Assembly: GCF_963921235.1 (NCBI RefSeq)
Contig: NC_086109.1
Coordinates: 5,334,001 to 5,398,000, forward strand
DNA length: 64,000 bases
Direction: 5' to 3'
Source: Mobula hypostoma
Lineage: Eukaryota
The translations under genes and the position numbers were made by a program. A model generated the notes under the pieces. It was not told the origin of the DNA, did no database searches, and worked only from the letters and a program-made list of their open reading frames with translations. The stretch's first letter is position 1; each line of letters opens with the position of its first letter. This document shows, one piece after another, positions 48,835-62,001 of this stretch.

Positions 48835-51800
48835 CTGCAATTAAAAAAAACAATCAAATTCCTGAATTTCCTGATGTTCTTGTTGCCAATTGCACAATTG
48901 TTTTTGCGTGTTGGGGGTGGGGGGGGGGGAAGAGTTGACATCAGAGTCGATATTTTGCTTTGAACAGTTTCCACGGTTTTCTTTGTTTCATGGCCGTCTG
49001 GAGAAGACAGGTCTCGGAGTTGTATACTACATACATACTTTGATAATAAATGTACCGTGAACAATAGGGAGTTCCGAATCAGAATCAGGTTTAATCTCAC
49101 TGACATCTGTCGTGAAACTTGCTGTTTTCTGGCAGCAGTACAGTGCAATACACTAAAATTATAACCATATAACCATAACCATATTACAATTACAGCACAG
49201 AAACAGGCCATCTCAGCCCTTCTAGTCTGTGCTGAATGCTTACTCTCACCTAGTCCCACCGACCTGCACTCAGCCCATAACCCTCCATTTCTTTCTGGTC
49301 CATATAGCTGTCCAATTTAACTTTAAATGATGGTAGAGGCAGGCTCGATACTACTTCAACTGGAACCTCGTTCCACACAGCTACCACTCTCTGAGTAAAG
49401 AAGTTCCCCCTCATGTTACCCCTAAACTTTTGCCCCCTAACTCTCAACCCATGTCCTCTTGTTTGAATCTCCCCTACTCTCAATGGAAAAAGCCTATCCA
49501 CGTCAACTCTATCTATCCCCCCTCATAATTTTAAATACCTCTATCAAGTCCCCCCATCAACCTTCTACGCTCCAAAGAATAAAGACCCAACTTGTTCAAC
49601 CTTTCTCTGTAACTTAGGTGATGAAACCCAGGTAACATTCTTGTAAATCTTCTCTGTACTCTCTCTATTTTGTTATCATCTTTCCTATATTCGGTGACCA
49701 GAACTGTACACAATACTCCAAATTTGGCCTTACCAATGCCTTGCACAATTTTAACATTACATTCCAACTCCTATACTCAATGCTCTGATTTATAAAAGCC
49801 AGCATACCACCCTATCCACATCAGATTCCACCTTCAGGGAACTATGCACCATTATTCCTAGATCCCTCTGTTCTACTGCATTCTTCAATGCCCTACCATT
49901 TACCATGTATGTCCTATTTTGATTAGTCCTACCAAAATGTAGCACCTCACACATATCAGCATTAAACTCAATTTGCCATCTTTCAGCCCACTCTTCTAAC
50001 TGGCCATTACGATAAGATAATATAAGTAGTGCAAAATTCAGAGAGATAATAAACCAGTCATGATGGAATGGCGGAGAAGACTCGACGGGCTGAATGGCCT
50101 AATTCTGCTCCTAGGTCTCATGGTCTTAAAATAGTGAGGTAGTGTTCATGGACTGTTTAGAAATCCAACGGTAGGGGTGAAGAAGCTGTTCCAAAAAACA
50201 TTTGAGTGTGTGTCTTCTCCCCAATGGCATAATGAGAAGAGTGGGGAGAGTTGTGGGATGTCCCTAGCACACCCTTGGTTGTCAACACAAATGACACATC
50301 TCACTGTATGTTTCGATGTGCATGGGGTAAATAAATCTGAACCTGAACCTGAACCTGAAGCTGAAGAGGGCATGCCCTGGGTGGTGACAGCCCTTCACGA
50401 TGGATGCCACCTAAAACCCCAGTACCACCACCTCTGGCAGCCAATCCCCGGCACCCACGCTGTGCAGCCGCTGTCACTTGTCAATCACCACAGAAGGTCT
50501 ACAGCAGATACAATGTCACTGGCTCTCCACTCGACCTTGGATCACCTGGACAATAACAATACCCATGTCAGGCTGCTGTTTGTTTACTACTGCTCAGTGT
50601 TCAACACCATCGTACCCTCAGACCTAATCAAAAAGCTCCAGAACCTGAACCTCTGCCCCTCCTTCTATAACTGGATCCTCGACTTCCTCACCGGGAGCGT
50701 GACAGTCCATACAGATCAGAAATAACTTCTCCTCCTCGCTGACAGTCAACACTGGTACACCCGTGTGCTTAGCCCACGGCTCTTCCCTCTCTACACCCAT
50801 GGCTGTGTGACTAGGCACAAATCAATAGCCAGCTGTAAAATTGCCGATGGCGCAACTATTGTTGGCAGAATTTCAGATGGAGACGAGAAGGCGTACAGAA
50901 GTGAGGTAGATCAGGTAATTGGGTGGTGTCGCAGCAAACCTTGCACTCAGCGTCACATCAGGAAGGGAAAGCATACACACCATCGAGGGATTCGCAGTGG
51001 AAAGGGTGAGCCGCGTCAAGTTCCTAGGTGTCAACATCTCTGAAGATCTATCCTGAGCCCAACATACTGATGCAATTACGTAAAAAGACACAACAGTGAC
51101 TATATTTCGTTAGGAGTTTGAAGAGCTTTGGCATGTCACCAAAGGCTCTAAGCAAATTTCTACTGAGCTTTCTAACTGGCTGCATCTCTGTTTGGTACGG
51201 AGGGGCCAGTGCACAGGATCAGAAAAGGCTACAGGAAGTTGTAACATGGACACCAGCTTCTCCAGGAGCAAAGGACATCTTCAAAAAGCCATACCACAAA
51301 AAGGTGGCATCCATCATTAAAGGCCTCCACCATCTGGGACATGCCCTCTTCTCATTACTACCATCAGGTTTCTGAGTGGACACTGAACCCATGTGCACTA
51401 CCTATCTGTTTCTGCGCTCTTCTTGCACTCTTTAGCTTAATTTTTAAAAATATATTTCTTATTGTAATTTATAGTTTATTTTATTATGCATTGTGCTGTC
51501 CTACTGCTGCAGAACAAATTTCACGCCATACCATACACCAGTGATATTAAACCTGATTCTGATTCTCATTGCAAAAAAAAATCTCCTTTAAACTTGCGCC
51601 CCTTTCATCTTTAATGAGTACCTTCCAGTACTTGGCATCTCCAGTCTTGATAAAGGATTCTGACTGTCTACCCCATCTATGCTTCTCGTAGCGTTACAAA
51701 CTTCTATGAGGTCTCTCCTCTGCCTTTGATGTTCCACAGAAAACAACCCAAGTTTGCCCCAGCGGTTTTCAATCTGGGGTCCACGGACCCCTTGATTCGT

Positions 51801-52893
51801 GCTAAGGGTCCATGGCATAACAAAGGTTGGGAGCCCAGGCCCAACCTCTCCTTATAGCTCATCCTCACTAATGCAGGCACAATCCTGGTGAGACTCTAAT
51901 GCACACTTCCCAAATTCTGCACATCCTACACGTTTGGTCCATAACCTTCGAAGCCTTTCCAATTCACACAGCTGTCCAACTGCCTCTTAAATGTTGTTAT
52001 ATTGTACCTGCCTCAGCCATTCCTCCTGGCAGCTGGCTCCTCAGCTACGTGGAACAACATCTTAGCGGAGGAAAACAGTGGAAGGTGGGATGACCAGTGG
52101 TAAGGAGGAGCAGATAGAGACACAGAATTGAGTGCTCTGGGGAATGAAGCAGAAAAATCTGACAACGACACATCCCTTCCTGATGAGCTAAACAAATCCT
52201 ATGCATGTTTTGAACGGAAAGGAGTGGGTATGTCAGCACACACCTCGATGGTCTCTAGTGCACCTAATAAACCTATAGTCACCTTCACAGACACAAGGTC
52301 AGTCACCCAGATGTGAAAATCCAGCTGTGGCCCAGATGGTGTCCCGGGTCATGTCCACAGATCAGCGGTTCCTAACCTGGGGACCACAAACCCTTCGGTT
52401 AATGGTAGGAGCCCACGGCATTAAAAATGTTGGGAGTCGCTGCTTTAGATGCTGTGTGGATCTACTGGAAGGGGTATCTGCAAACTTCTCCCCGTGTCAG
52501 GCTGTGGCTCCCACCAGCTTCATGACGCTGCTGGTGCCAAACTGCATCAGTCCCTGGTGTTCCTTTGGATTCACCAGCTGCGTGGAGAGGGGCAGCCTGC
52601 TGCAAGGACAATAGCTTGCTCCCCATATCATACAGCCTTGGCTTGCTATCACCTAGACAGCTAGAACACGACATCCACGGTCGACCCGGACCAATGGGGG
52701 GGCCTCCTCAGACTTTCTCTGCAGCTGTTACACTTTATTCTGCATTGTTATTGTTCTATCTAGCTCTACCAAAATACACTGTGTAATGATGTGATCTGTA
52801 TGAACAGTGTGCAAGAGAAGGTTTTCACTGTGTGGCAGTGATAATCCAACACGTGACCAAGACCCAGTTAGCCTGGAACATCAAACAACTCAC

Positions 52894-53286
52894 CACTCAA
52901 GAAGGTCTCTAGGCAAAAGAGTTTAACTTTCTTCTGCCTTTCGATGACGTGCGGAACGGCGTTGCCCCCTGCGCAGGGTCCAGACCAGTACACCTTGCAC
53001 TGACAGAGGCGGATGGCGTAGATCGCGTGCCCGCTGACCTCCAGGATGAGCCCTCGATCCATCACGTCCAGCAGCCGATTGGTGAACAGACGCTGTTTCT
53101 CATTGAGGATGTGGTCCGTCCCGGGAAACTTGATCTGCTCGAGAGAAACTGGGCCAAACAGCTCCTCCTGGTTGGGCATCGGCCCCAGGTCCCCGTAGAA
53201 CAGGCGGCATCCCTGAGGGTTACTGACGGTGAGGGGAGGTCCCAGCTCTTTGCCCCGATACTGAAATTGGATCTCCAGGTCTGTCA
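52894..53286 (-). CDS. IRF6: IRF6 coding exon (IRF association domain; human exon 7 equivalent)
   Basis: tcag|TG...G|gtgagt; 393 bp; [14 protein letters not shown]...[13 protein letters not shown]. Confidence 0.97.
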
Positions 53287-54014
53287 CTGAGTGGAATAGG
53301 TGGGAAGGAGGAAAAATCAGAGTGATGTGCTTCAATCTAAAGGCAGAGAACTCTACAACTATACCTTTGTACATTCTGATGTTTAGTTGGACAACCACAC
53401 TAGTATAACATCGGTAGGTCATAGCAGTATTGTGTTCATTTCAGGTTACCACAACACAGGACAGACACAATTGTACCAAACAGGGTGCAGAGCAGATTCA
53501 CCAGGATGTTTAATACAAAGTCAAAGTCAACTTAGACCATAAGATATAGGAGCAGAATTAGGCCATTTGGCCCATCGAGTCTGCACCGCCATTTCATCAT
53601 GTCTGATCGATTTCTCTCTCAGCCCTGATCTTCTACCTTCTCCCCGTATCCCTTCATACCCTGACCAATCAAGAATCTATCACACTAAGACTTGGCCTCC
53701 ACAGCCACCTGTGGCAAAGAATTCCACAGATTCACCACTCTCTGGCTAAGGAAATTCCTCCACACCATTGCTCTAAAGGGATGCCCCTCTGTTCCGATAC
53801 TGTGTCCTCTGGTCTTTGATTCTCCCACCATAAGAAACATCCTCTCCACATCCACTCTATCAAAGCCTTTCACCATTCAAGGATACGGGGCTCAAAACAT
53901 TCCAAGTGAGGCCTCACCAGTGCTTTTCAAGTCTCAACGCTACATCCTGCTTTTGTTTGCTAATATACTTATAATTGAAGAGCTACAGGCGGGTCTACGG
54001 TTTGATGTGCTTAC

Positions 54015-54158
54015 TGGGCAGTGAGCTGATCCATGTTTCTGGCGTACTGAACATCTCTGCTGGCAGGTGAGAGTCTCCCTGTAGGATCTGGTCAGGGTCG
54101 GTCTTTATCCACTCACTGGGAGAGCAGCTGGCGACGCTTGCTGGAGGCATCGGTGAGT
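54015..54158 (-). CDS. IRF6: IRF6 coding exon (human exon 6 equivalent)
   Basis: tgtag|AC...CCC A|gtaagc; 144 bp, phase 1->1; DSPMPPASVASCSPSEWIKTDP...PETWISSLP. Confidence 0.92.
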
Positions 54159-54175
54159 CTACAAACGTTAGATTG

Positions 54176-54242
54176 CACAGTAACAGTCATCAGCACTGCC
54201 GATTAAACACAGTAACAGTCACCAGCACTGCCGATTAAACAC
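54176..54242. repeat. 32-bp tandem duplication in an IRF6 intron
   Basis: cacagtaacagtca(t/c)cagcactgccgattaaa x2. Confidence 0.9.
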
Positions 54243-57200
54243 GTGCATTTACATTGCACCCGTCACATCCTTTGCAGAGGACCACAAGATACAGGAGCAG
54301 AATTAGGCCATTTTGGCCCATCGAGTCTGCTCCACCATTTCATCATGGCTGATCCAATTTTCCTCTTGGCCCCAATCTCCTGCCTTCTCCCTGTATCCCT
54401 TCATGCCCTGACCAATCAAGAATCAGCCTCTGCCTTAACTATACATAAAGACTTGGCCTCCACAGCTGCCTGTGGCAAAGAATTCCACAGATTCACCACT
54501 CTCTGGCTAAAGAAATTCCTCATTTCCGTTCTCAATGGACATCCCTTTAGTCTGAGGCCGTGTCCTCTGGTCTTAGAATGGGCTGCACTTCACAGCCAAT
54601 TCCCAAGTGGGTCAGCTGTGACTAAAATTAATTAACATTGACCAGCCTAGTTGCCATAATTTACTTCAGGCCACACAACAGCGAAACTGGCCATTTGGCA
54701 CAACCTGTCCCACACCAATCAGAATCTTGGCCGGATTCGCAAGACCGATAGGGAGACAGGTAGAGTGATTTGAGACCGTTTTCACTGGAACAAAGGTGAA
54801 CGAGGGGTGATCTCATCCAGGTGCGTAACATCATGAAGACCACGGATAGGGTGAACGCACACAGTCTTTTCCAGGCCTGGGGGACACAGGCTTAAGGTGG
54901 GTGGGGTGGGGGGAATTTATTTATTGGTGCTAGTTCATTACTCTCATGTACCGCGATACAGTGAAAAGCTTGTCTTGCACACTGTTTGTACCATCAAATC
55001 ATTACACGGTACATTGAGCTAGAACAAGGTAAAACATTCACAATTAAGATTAAAGGGGTAAGAGCTACTAAAAAGTGCAGAGCAGGTAATGTGCAAGATC
55101 ATAACAAGGTAGCTTGTGAGGCCGAGTCCCATCTCATTGTACAAGGAGATCTATTCTGGAGTCTGATAACATCAGGATAGAAGTTATCCTTGAGCTTGGT
55201 GGTATGTGCTTTCAGGCTTTTGTAAAATATAATAAGAGCTTGACGGGCAGGTTTTTCCAACCCGACGATGGTCAACATTTGGAACGAGCTGCTAGAGAAT
55301 GTGGTTGAGGGAGGTACAGTAATAATATTTCAAAAAGGTACCGTATTTGGACAGGTACATGGGTTTAAAGCAGGGCTTTGTAACCTGGGGTCTACAGACC
55401 CTTCGGTTAATGGTAGGGGTTGATGGCAGAAAAAAAGTGGAACCAAAGACATTCATAAATTTGTACAGATGTACCATGGAGAGAATTGCAACTGGCTGCA
55501 TCACCATCTGGTATGGGGGGTGGGGGCTAATACACAGGGTCTAAATAAGCAGCAGAAAGTTGTAAACTCGATCAGCTCCATCATGGGCACTAACCTCCCC
55601 AGAATCAGGGACTGCAAGGAGCGATGCCACAAAAGGGTGGCATCCAGCATTAAGGACCCCCATCACCCAGGAGATACTCTCTTCTCATTGTGACCATCAG
55701 GGAAGAGGTACAGGAGCCTGAAGGCACACACACACAATGATTCAGGAACAGCTCCTTCTCCTCTGCCATCCGATTACTGAACGGACTTTGAACCCATAAA
55801 CCTGATTGATTCTGAACACCTGGTTTAGAGGGATCATAGTCATAGTCATACTTTATTGATCCCGGGGGAAATTGGTTAAATCTCGACCAAAGGTGGGAAA
55901 ATGGACCCAACTCAGATGGGAATGTTGGCACAGACCAGTTGGGCCAAGGGGTCAGTTGCCATGCTGTGCGACTCCCTCAATTCTAACTGATCTCTCTCTT
56001 CCTCTGAGACTGCGCACCCTCACTCCAAACCTCTCAAGTAGGGGAAACGTCCTCCCAACATCTATCCTCACACCCTGTAAGAATTTTGTTCAGATTCAGA
56101 GAGATTACCACTTGTTCTATACTCTAGAGAACAGAAGTATAGTCTAGTCTGCCTCTCCCCACAGTCAAACCCAGTATCGCAGTAACCAAGCTGGCAAGTT
56201 ATTAATTCGATCCCTCCATACCAAGTCTACATGTTTTTTTAAAGATAAGGAAACCAATATTTTACCCAATGCGTCAGGAATGGCTTCACTAAGGTCCCGT
56301 GTGGTTGTGGTAAGAAATCTTTATATTGTACACTCCCTTGCAAATAAAGATTATTTATTTATTATTACTATTTCTCTCTTTTGTATCCGCACAGTTTGTT
56401 GTCTTTTACACACTGCTTGTCCGTCCTGTTGGATTTATTGTGTACACCCGCAAGGAAATGAAGCTCAGCATTGTATATATTGACAGAGATGGACTTTGAT
56501 ATAACCGCCTGTTGCTCCACAGATTAGCTTGTGAACAAAGGCACTTGGGCTCCCCTAGGCACACAATTTAACATTTCCCAACCTCCAGCCACATAAACAA
56601 CTCAGTATTTGTATTTTAATTTTCTCTGCCAGACCAGATGGTCTCATTTTCCCACACACTGCTCCACCTGCCAGACTGTAAACAAACTTGTATAGATGCA
56701 CAGCGGAGAGTAGCCTGACTGACTGCATCATGGCCTGGTATGGAAACGCCAATGCCTAAGAATGTTAAAATCTACAGGAAGTGCTGGATACAGCCCAGTC
56801 CATCACAGGCAAACCCTCCCCACCGTTTACCCGGAGCGCTGCCACAAGAAAGCAGCATCCTAGGTTCAAAGCTGGAAGTAAATGCATTATCTAAGTACAT
56901 ACGTGCCACCATACACAAACCTGAGATTCATTTTCTTGCAGGTACTCCCAGTAAATGTAAAGACACATAACAGAATCAATGAAAAGCCGCAGACAACAGA
57001 GACGGACAAACAACTGATCTGCAAAAGACAATGAACTGCGCAAATGCAAAAAGAACAGGAAAAATAATAACAATAAATATGCATTAAATATTAAGAACAT
57101 TAGTTGTACAGCAAGTCCATAGGTTTTGGAATCAGTTCAGTTTAGCAGTAATTGAAGTTATCCCTCTGGTTCAAGAGCCTGATGGCATAGGGGTAGCAAC

Positions 57201-59191
57201 TGTTCCGGAATCTGGTGACATGGGGCTCGTGTCTCCAGCACTTCCTTCCTGATGGCAGCAGTGAGAAGAGAGCATGGCCTGGGTGGTGGGGGAATTTGAT
57301 GATGGATGCTGCTTTCCTGCAATAGTGCTCCTTGTAAATGTACGCAGTGATGGGAAGGGCTTTACCTGTGATGGAACATTCGTCACTGACACTTTTCATC
57401 CTGGCCATGCTCTCTTCCCGCTACTACTATCAGGCATGAGGTACAGGAGGCTTAGGTCCCACGCCACCAAGTTCAGGAATAGTTATCACCCTACGACCAT
57501 CAGGCTCCTGAAGCAGTGTGGATAACTTCACTCACCCCAACACTGAACTGACTCCACAACCTGCAGACTCACTTTCAACGACTCTTTACAACTCACGTTC
57601 TCAGTATTATTTTTGATTTGCACAATTTGTCCTTCACACATTGCTTGTTTGTCAGTCTTTGCTAATATATAGTTTTTTTGTAAATTCTATTGTATTTCCT
57701 ATAAATGCAAGAGAACAATTTCAATATTGTATATGGTACGCCTATGGACTCACTTTCAAGGACTCTTCATCTCATGTTCTCAATATTTATTGCTTATTCA
57801 TTTACTATTTCTTTCTTTTTTTATATTTTTACAGTTTGTGTAATTTGTACACGGGCTGAAAGCCCAAGCTGGGGCGGTCTTTCATTGATTTCATTACGGA
57901 CTTTTGAGTATGCCCACAAGAAAATGAAACTCAGGGTTGAATATGGTGACATACTTTGAACCTTGATAATAAACTTACTTTGACTTTTACTCTGCATTCT
58001 CATCACCACTCATTTTCCCACCTAGTTCACGCCATTAACTCAGAAGATTCCATTTGGCTCCCTTACCCATTATCTATCCATTGATATAAGCTGGGACCAG
58101 GCATCAATGCCTACATTTCCCCAGTTTTCTATGGAAGGGAGGTTGCTTTCCATGATGAAGATATGATAAGGGTGTTTAAGAAGCTGTTAGATTGGTGCAT
58201 GAATTTACAGAGGATGGAAAATTCAGTTCCATTGTGGTTTCTGCCCAGTCCAAAGGGAAGACGTCAACAATTCTCCTCAAAATTTCCGAGCAACTGTTCA
58301 CTTCAGAACATCTTGCAGCTCTACAACCCTGGTCAGACCACACTTGGACTATTGTGCTCCGTTCTGCTTGCCTTCACTATAAGAAGGTGTAGAGGAGATT
58401 TACCAGGATGCTTCCTGGATGAAAGATCATGGGCTGAAGGGCCTGTTCCATTGAGCACATCTACATGAAACACTGTCGCAAGAGAGCAGCATCCACCAGA
58501 GACCCCCACCCAGGACATGCTCTCTTCTCGCTGCCACCATCAGGAAGGTGGTACGAGAGCCTCAGGACTCCCACCACCAGGTTCTAGAGCAGTCACTACA
58601 CCTCAATCATCAGGCTCTTGAACAAAAGGGGATAACTGTGGTCAACTTCACTTGCCCCATCACTGAAACATTCCATAACCAACGGACTCTCTTCAAGGAC
58701 TCTTCATCTCGTGTTCTCGATATTTATTGCTTAGCTAATTATTATCATTATTTCTTCTTTTTGTATTTGCACAGTTTCTTGTCTCCTGCACTCTGGTTGA
58801 ATGCCCTAATTGGGTGGTCTTTCACTGATTCTGTTATGGTCACTCTTCTATAGATTTATTGAGTATGCCCACAAGAAAATGAATCTCAGGGTTGTATATG
58901 ATGACATACATGTACTTCAATAATAAACTTACTTTGAACTTTAGTCACCACCCGCTAACCCAAAATGGACCTCATCATTTCCTTTCTGTGTTTCTTTTAA
59001 ATTAACCAACACTGATTCCACTCAGTAACTTTATTGAAATCTTCTGCGCCACACCCACTGTTTCCTTGTCTACTCTACCTAAACACTCTCAAGGGTACTT
59101 ACTTCCCTTCACTACTCAAGTTTAATGCAAGTTCCAAACTAACATAGGCAAGCTAGAGATAGGGTAGATGCCAAAGACCGAGAACACTTAC

Positions 59192-59225
59192 CATTTAGGT
59201 TGAGAAATGGGAAGCTCTCCTGCAT
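59192..59225 (-). CDS. IRF6: IRF6 micro-exon (3' part of human exon 5 equivalent)
   Basis: tgcag|ATGCAG...AATG|gtaagt; 34 bp, phase 0->1; MQESFPFLNLN resembles human IQDTFPFLNIN and restores the frame between flanking exons. Confidence 0.88.
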
Positions 59226-61069
59226 CTGCACATAAAAGAGGGGGAAATTAGTACAACCGCAGGTGACCCGACTGATGGCCAAGATGTACGTTGCTCGAGG
59301 GGACAATAGTAACAATCAAAATAGGACTTGATGACATTACAGAGAACATTGAGCTGTGGCACCACTGTAGTGTAGTGGTTAGTGCCCCAGATCTTTACAG
59401 CTCCTGGCATCGGAGTTCAGAGTTCAATTCTGGTGTCCTCCATGAAAAAAGAAGTTTGCATGTTCTTGCGGTGTGCTGGTGGGCTTCCTCCGAGTGTGCT
59501 GGCTACCTCCCACGGTGTCGAAAGACGCACCAGTTAGTAGGTTAATTGGTCATCGTAAATGGGCCTCTGATTCGGCTAGGATTGAATCGGGGATCGCTGG
59601 GCGGCACGGCTCAAAGGCCAGTTCTGCGCCGTATCGCTAAATAAACAAAACATTAACAGGGCTGGGACAAAGCTGTCCCTTCAGAACGGAGATGAGGAGA
59701 AATTTCATTTGGGAAGAAGGCAGCGAATCTGTGAAATTTGTTGCCACAGACTGCAGTGGTGGCCCAGTCACTGGGTACATTTAAAGTGGAGGTTGAGAGG
59801 TTCTTGGTTACAAGGAGAAGGCAGGAGAATGGAAAATAACTCAGCCGTAATGGAATGGTGGAGCTGACTTGATGGGCCGAATGGCATGGTTCTGGTCCTG
59901 CATCTTACGGTCTTATGGAAGGTGAGGTAAACAAAGCTGTGTGAACTGTAAATGGGTCGAGTTGTTTCCTTCTCAGATACAACACATGATGGTGAACATA
60001 CCGTCTTCAGTTCTGGCCGCCTCATTATGGAAAGGATGTGGAAGATTTAGAGATGGCACAGAGGAGATTCATCAGGATGCTGCCTGGACTAGAGAGCATG
60101 AAATATGAGGAAAGGTTGAATGAGCCAGGGTTGTTCTCTTTGGAGAAAAGGAGGATGAGAGGTGACTGGATAGAGGTGTTCAGGAAGTTAAGAGGCATAG
60201 ATTGAGTGGAGAACCTGCCCCCTTTTTCCCCAGGGAGTACAATTTCAAGGAGGAAAGTATGGAGGTGGGGGGATAGCAGATGTAGCTTTTAAAACAAAAA
60301 GTTGTGGGTGCAAGGAATGCCCTGGTGGTAGAGGCAGCTAGATTAGGGACATTTAAGAAACTCTTAGGAATATGGACAGTACAAATAGAGAGGAGGGAAA
60401 GGTTAGATTAATGTTGGAGAAGGTTAAAAGATCAGCACAATATTGTGGGATGAAAAGCCTATGCGGTTCTAAGCTCAATCTCCACAGCAGCAGGGGAATG
60501 GAATTTCAATTCCCAGATTCCAGATGTTACTGAGAACCTCGAGGCTAGGTGCCAGAGGAACACGGAAGGCTTGTCTAAGCGCCAGAGGGAGCATGACAGT
60601 TCTCCAGTTCCTCACCCACCTGCCCAACCGGGGAATCTTCAAAGAACGTAGAACATTAAAGCACAATTCAGGCCCCTTGATCAATCACATTGTGTCGACC
60701 CATCTAACCGACTCAAAGATCAATCCAATTCTTCCACCGCATGTAACCCTCCCATTTTTTTTCATCATGTGCCCATCTCTACGAGTCTCTTAAAAGTCCC
60801 TAATGTGTCCACCTCGACCATCACCCCAGCAGAGTGTTCCACAAACCCACCACACAAAAAAATCTACCTTTGATATTCCCCCAGACGATTCAATATCGGT
60901 GGCTCTTGGTCCGATAAAGTGTCCTTCACCTTATACAGCAATCGCCATGGCTACAGTGACCCAGACTGGAGCTGCATAGCACTGAGAGATAGGATGGGCA
61001 AGAACCTCCAAAGTTTGAGGTGGAACTGTTATCCTGAGCAATATTCCCATTTCCAAGAGTTCCACTCAC

Positions 61070-61149
61070 CTTTACTTGGGGCTGAGAACTCGAGTCGTCG
61101 TCCTCCTCATCTTCCAAGTCCACGTCGTTTTCCTCCCACGGAACCGACC
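61070..61149 (-). CDS. IRF6: IRF6 coding exon (acidic linker, 5' part of human exon 5 equivalent)
   Basis: cag|GG...AAG|gtgagt; 80 bp, phase 1->0; GSVPWEENDVDLEDEEDDDSSSQPQVK resembles human GSAPWDEKDNDVDEEDEED. Confidence 0.9.
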
Positions 61150-61796
61150 CTGCAACACGCACATCAACGTGCTCGTTTTACTTCAGGTCACCACAGTTCA
61201 CTCCCCACTCAAGGTCCAAAAGGTAGTTAGAATGTGAAAAGTAGCAATCCCAAAACCCCTGCACAACACCACTAGTCAACGGCAGCCAACCAGAAAAGGC
61301 TCCCTTTATTCCCACTCTTTGCCTCCTGCCAGTCAGCCAATGCTCTATCTGCATTAGCCTCGTTCCTTTAATACCATGGGCTTTTAACTTGTTAAGCAGC
61401 CTCATGTGTGGCACCTTGTCAAAGACCTTCTGAAAATCCAAGTACTGTATACAACATCAAAGGATTCTCCTTTGCCTTTCCTGCTTATTATTTTGTCAAA
61501 GAATTCCAACAGGTTTGTCAGGCAGATGTTCTATCCCGTCTACAGTCTCTGGCCTATGAAATTATACTTGCTTTACTATGACTCTGGGATGTTCAATTTT
61601 ATTAAATTCAACTACATAAATGCATTACTGTTGGCAGATAAAGAGCATTAATGACACTTGTTGCCATCTGTTGGAAATTCCCCAAAATTAATTCATGGCA
61701 ACAACAGTTCACCGTAACTTTTGCCACACGCAAACTGAGAGCTGGTGTCCATACCTGTGCCAGAGCCATCATTGTAAAGCAGGAGGGATTTCCTAC

Positions 61797-62001
61797 CTGG
61801 ATTGCTGTGTCCACCGTTAGCCTGGGGGATGTCGCACACTTCATAAATCTTCAGCGGATTCATGGGGATCTCTTTGGTGCCGTCGTAAATGAGGTTGAAC
61901 TCGCGGCTTTTGTTGAGCGCGCAGCGAAGTTGAGCTTTCCACTTGGCGGGGTCCGGTTCGTCGATCCCCTCCTGGTACTTCCCCGTCTCCACAGCCCAGG
62001 C
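61797..62001 (-). CDS. IRF6: IRF6 coding exon (second half of DNA-binding domain; equivalent to human exon 4)
   Basis: cag|GCC...CCA G|gtagga; 205 bp; encodes [60 protein letters not shown], close to recalled human IRF6. Confidence 0.97.

Noticed and set aside
44508..62001. IRF5 as an alternative identity
   Set aside because: [24 protein letters not shown] and [11 protein letters not shown] match IRF6 as recalled
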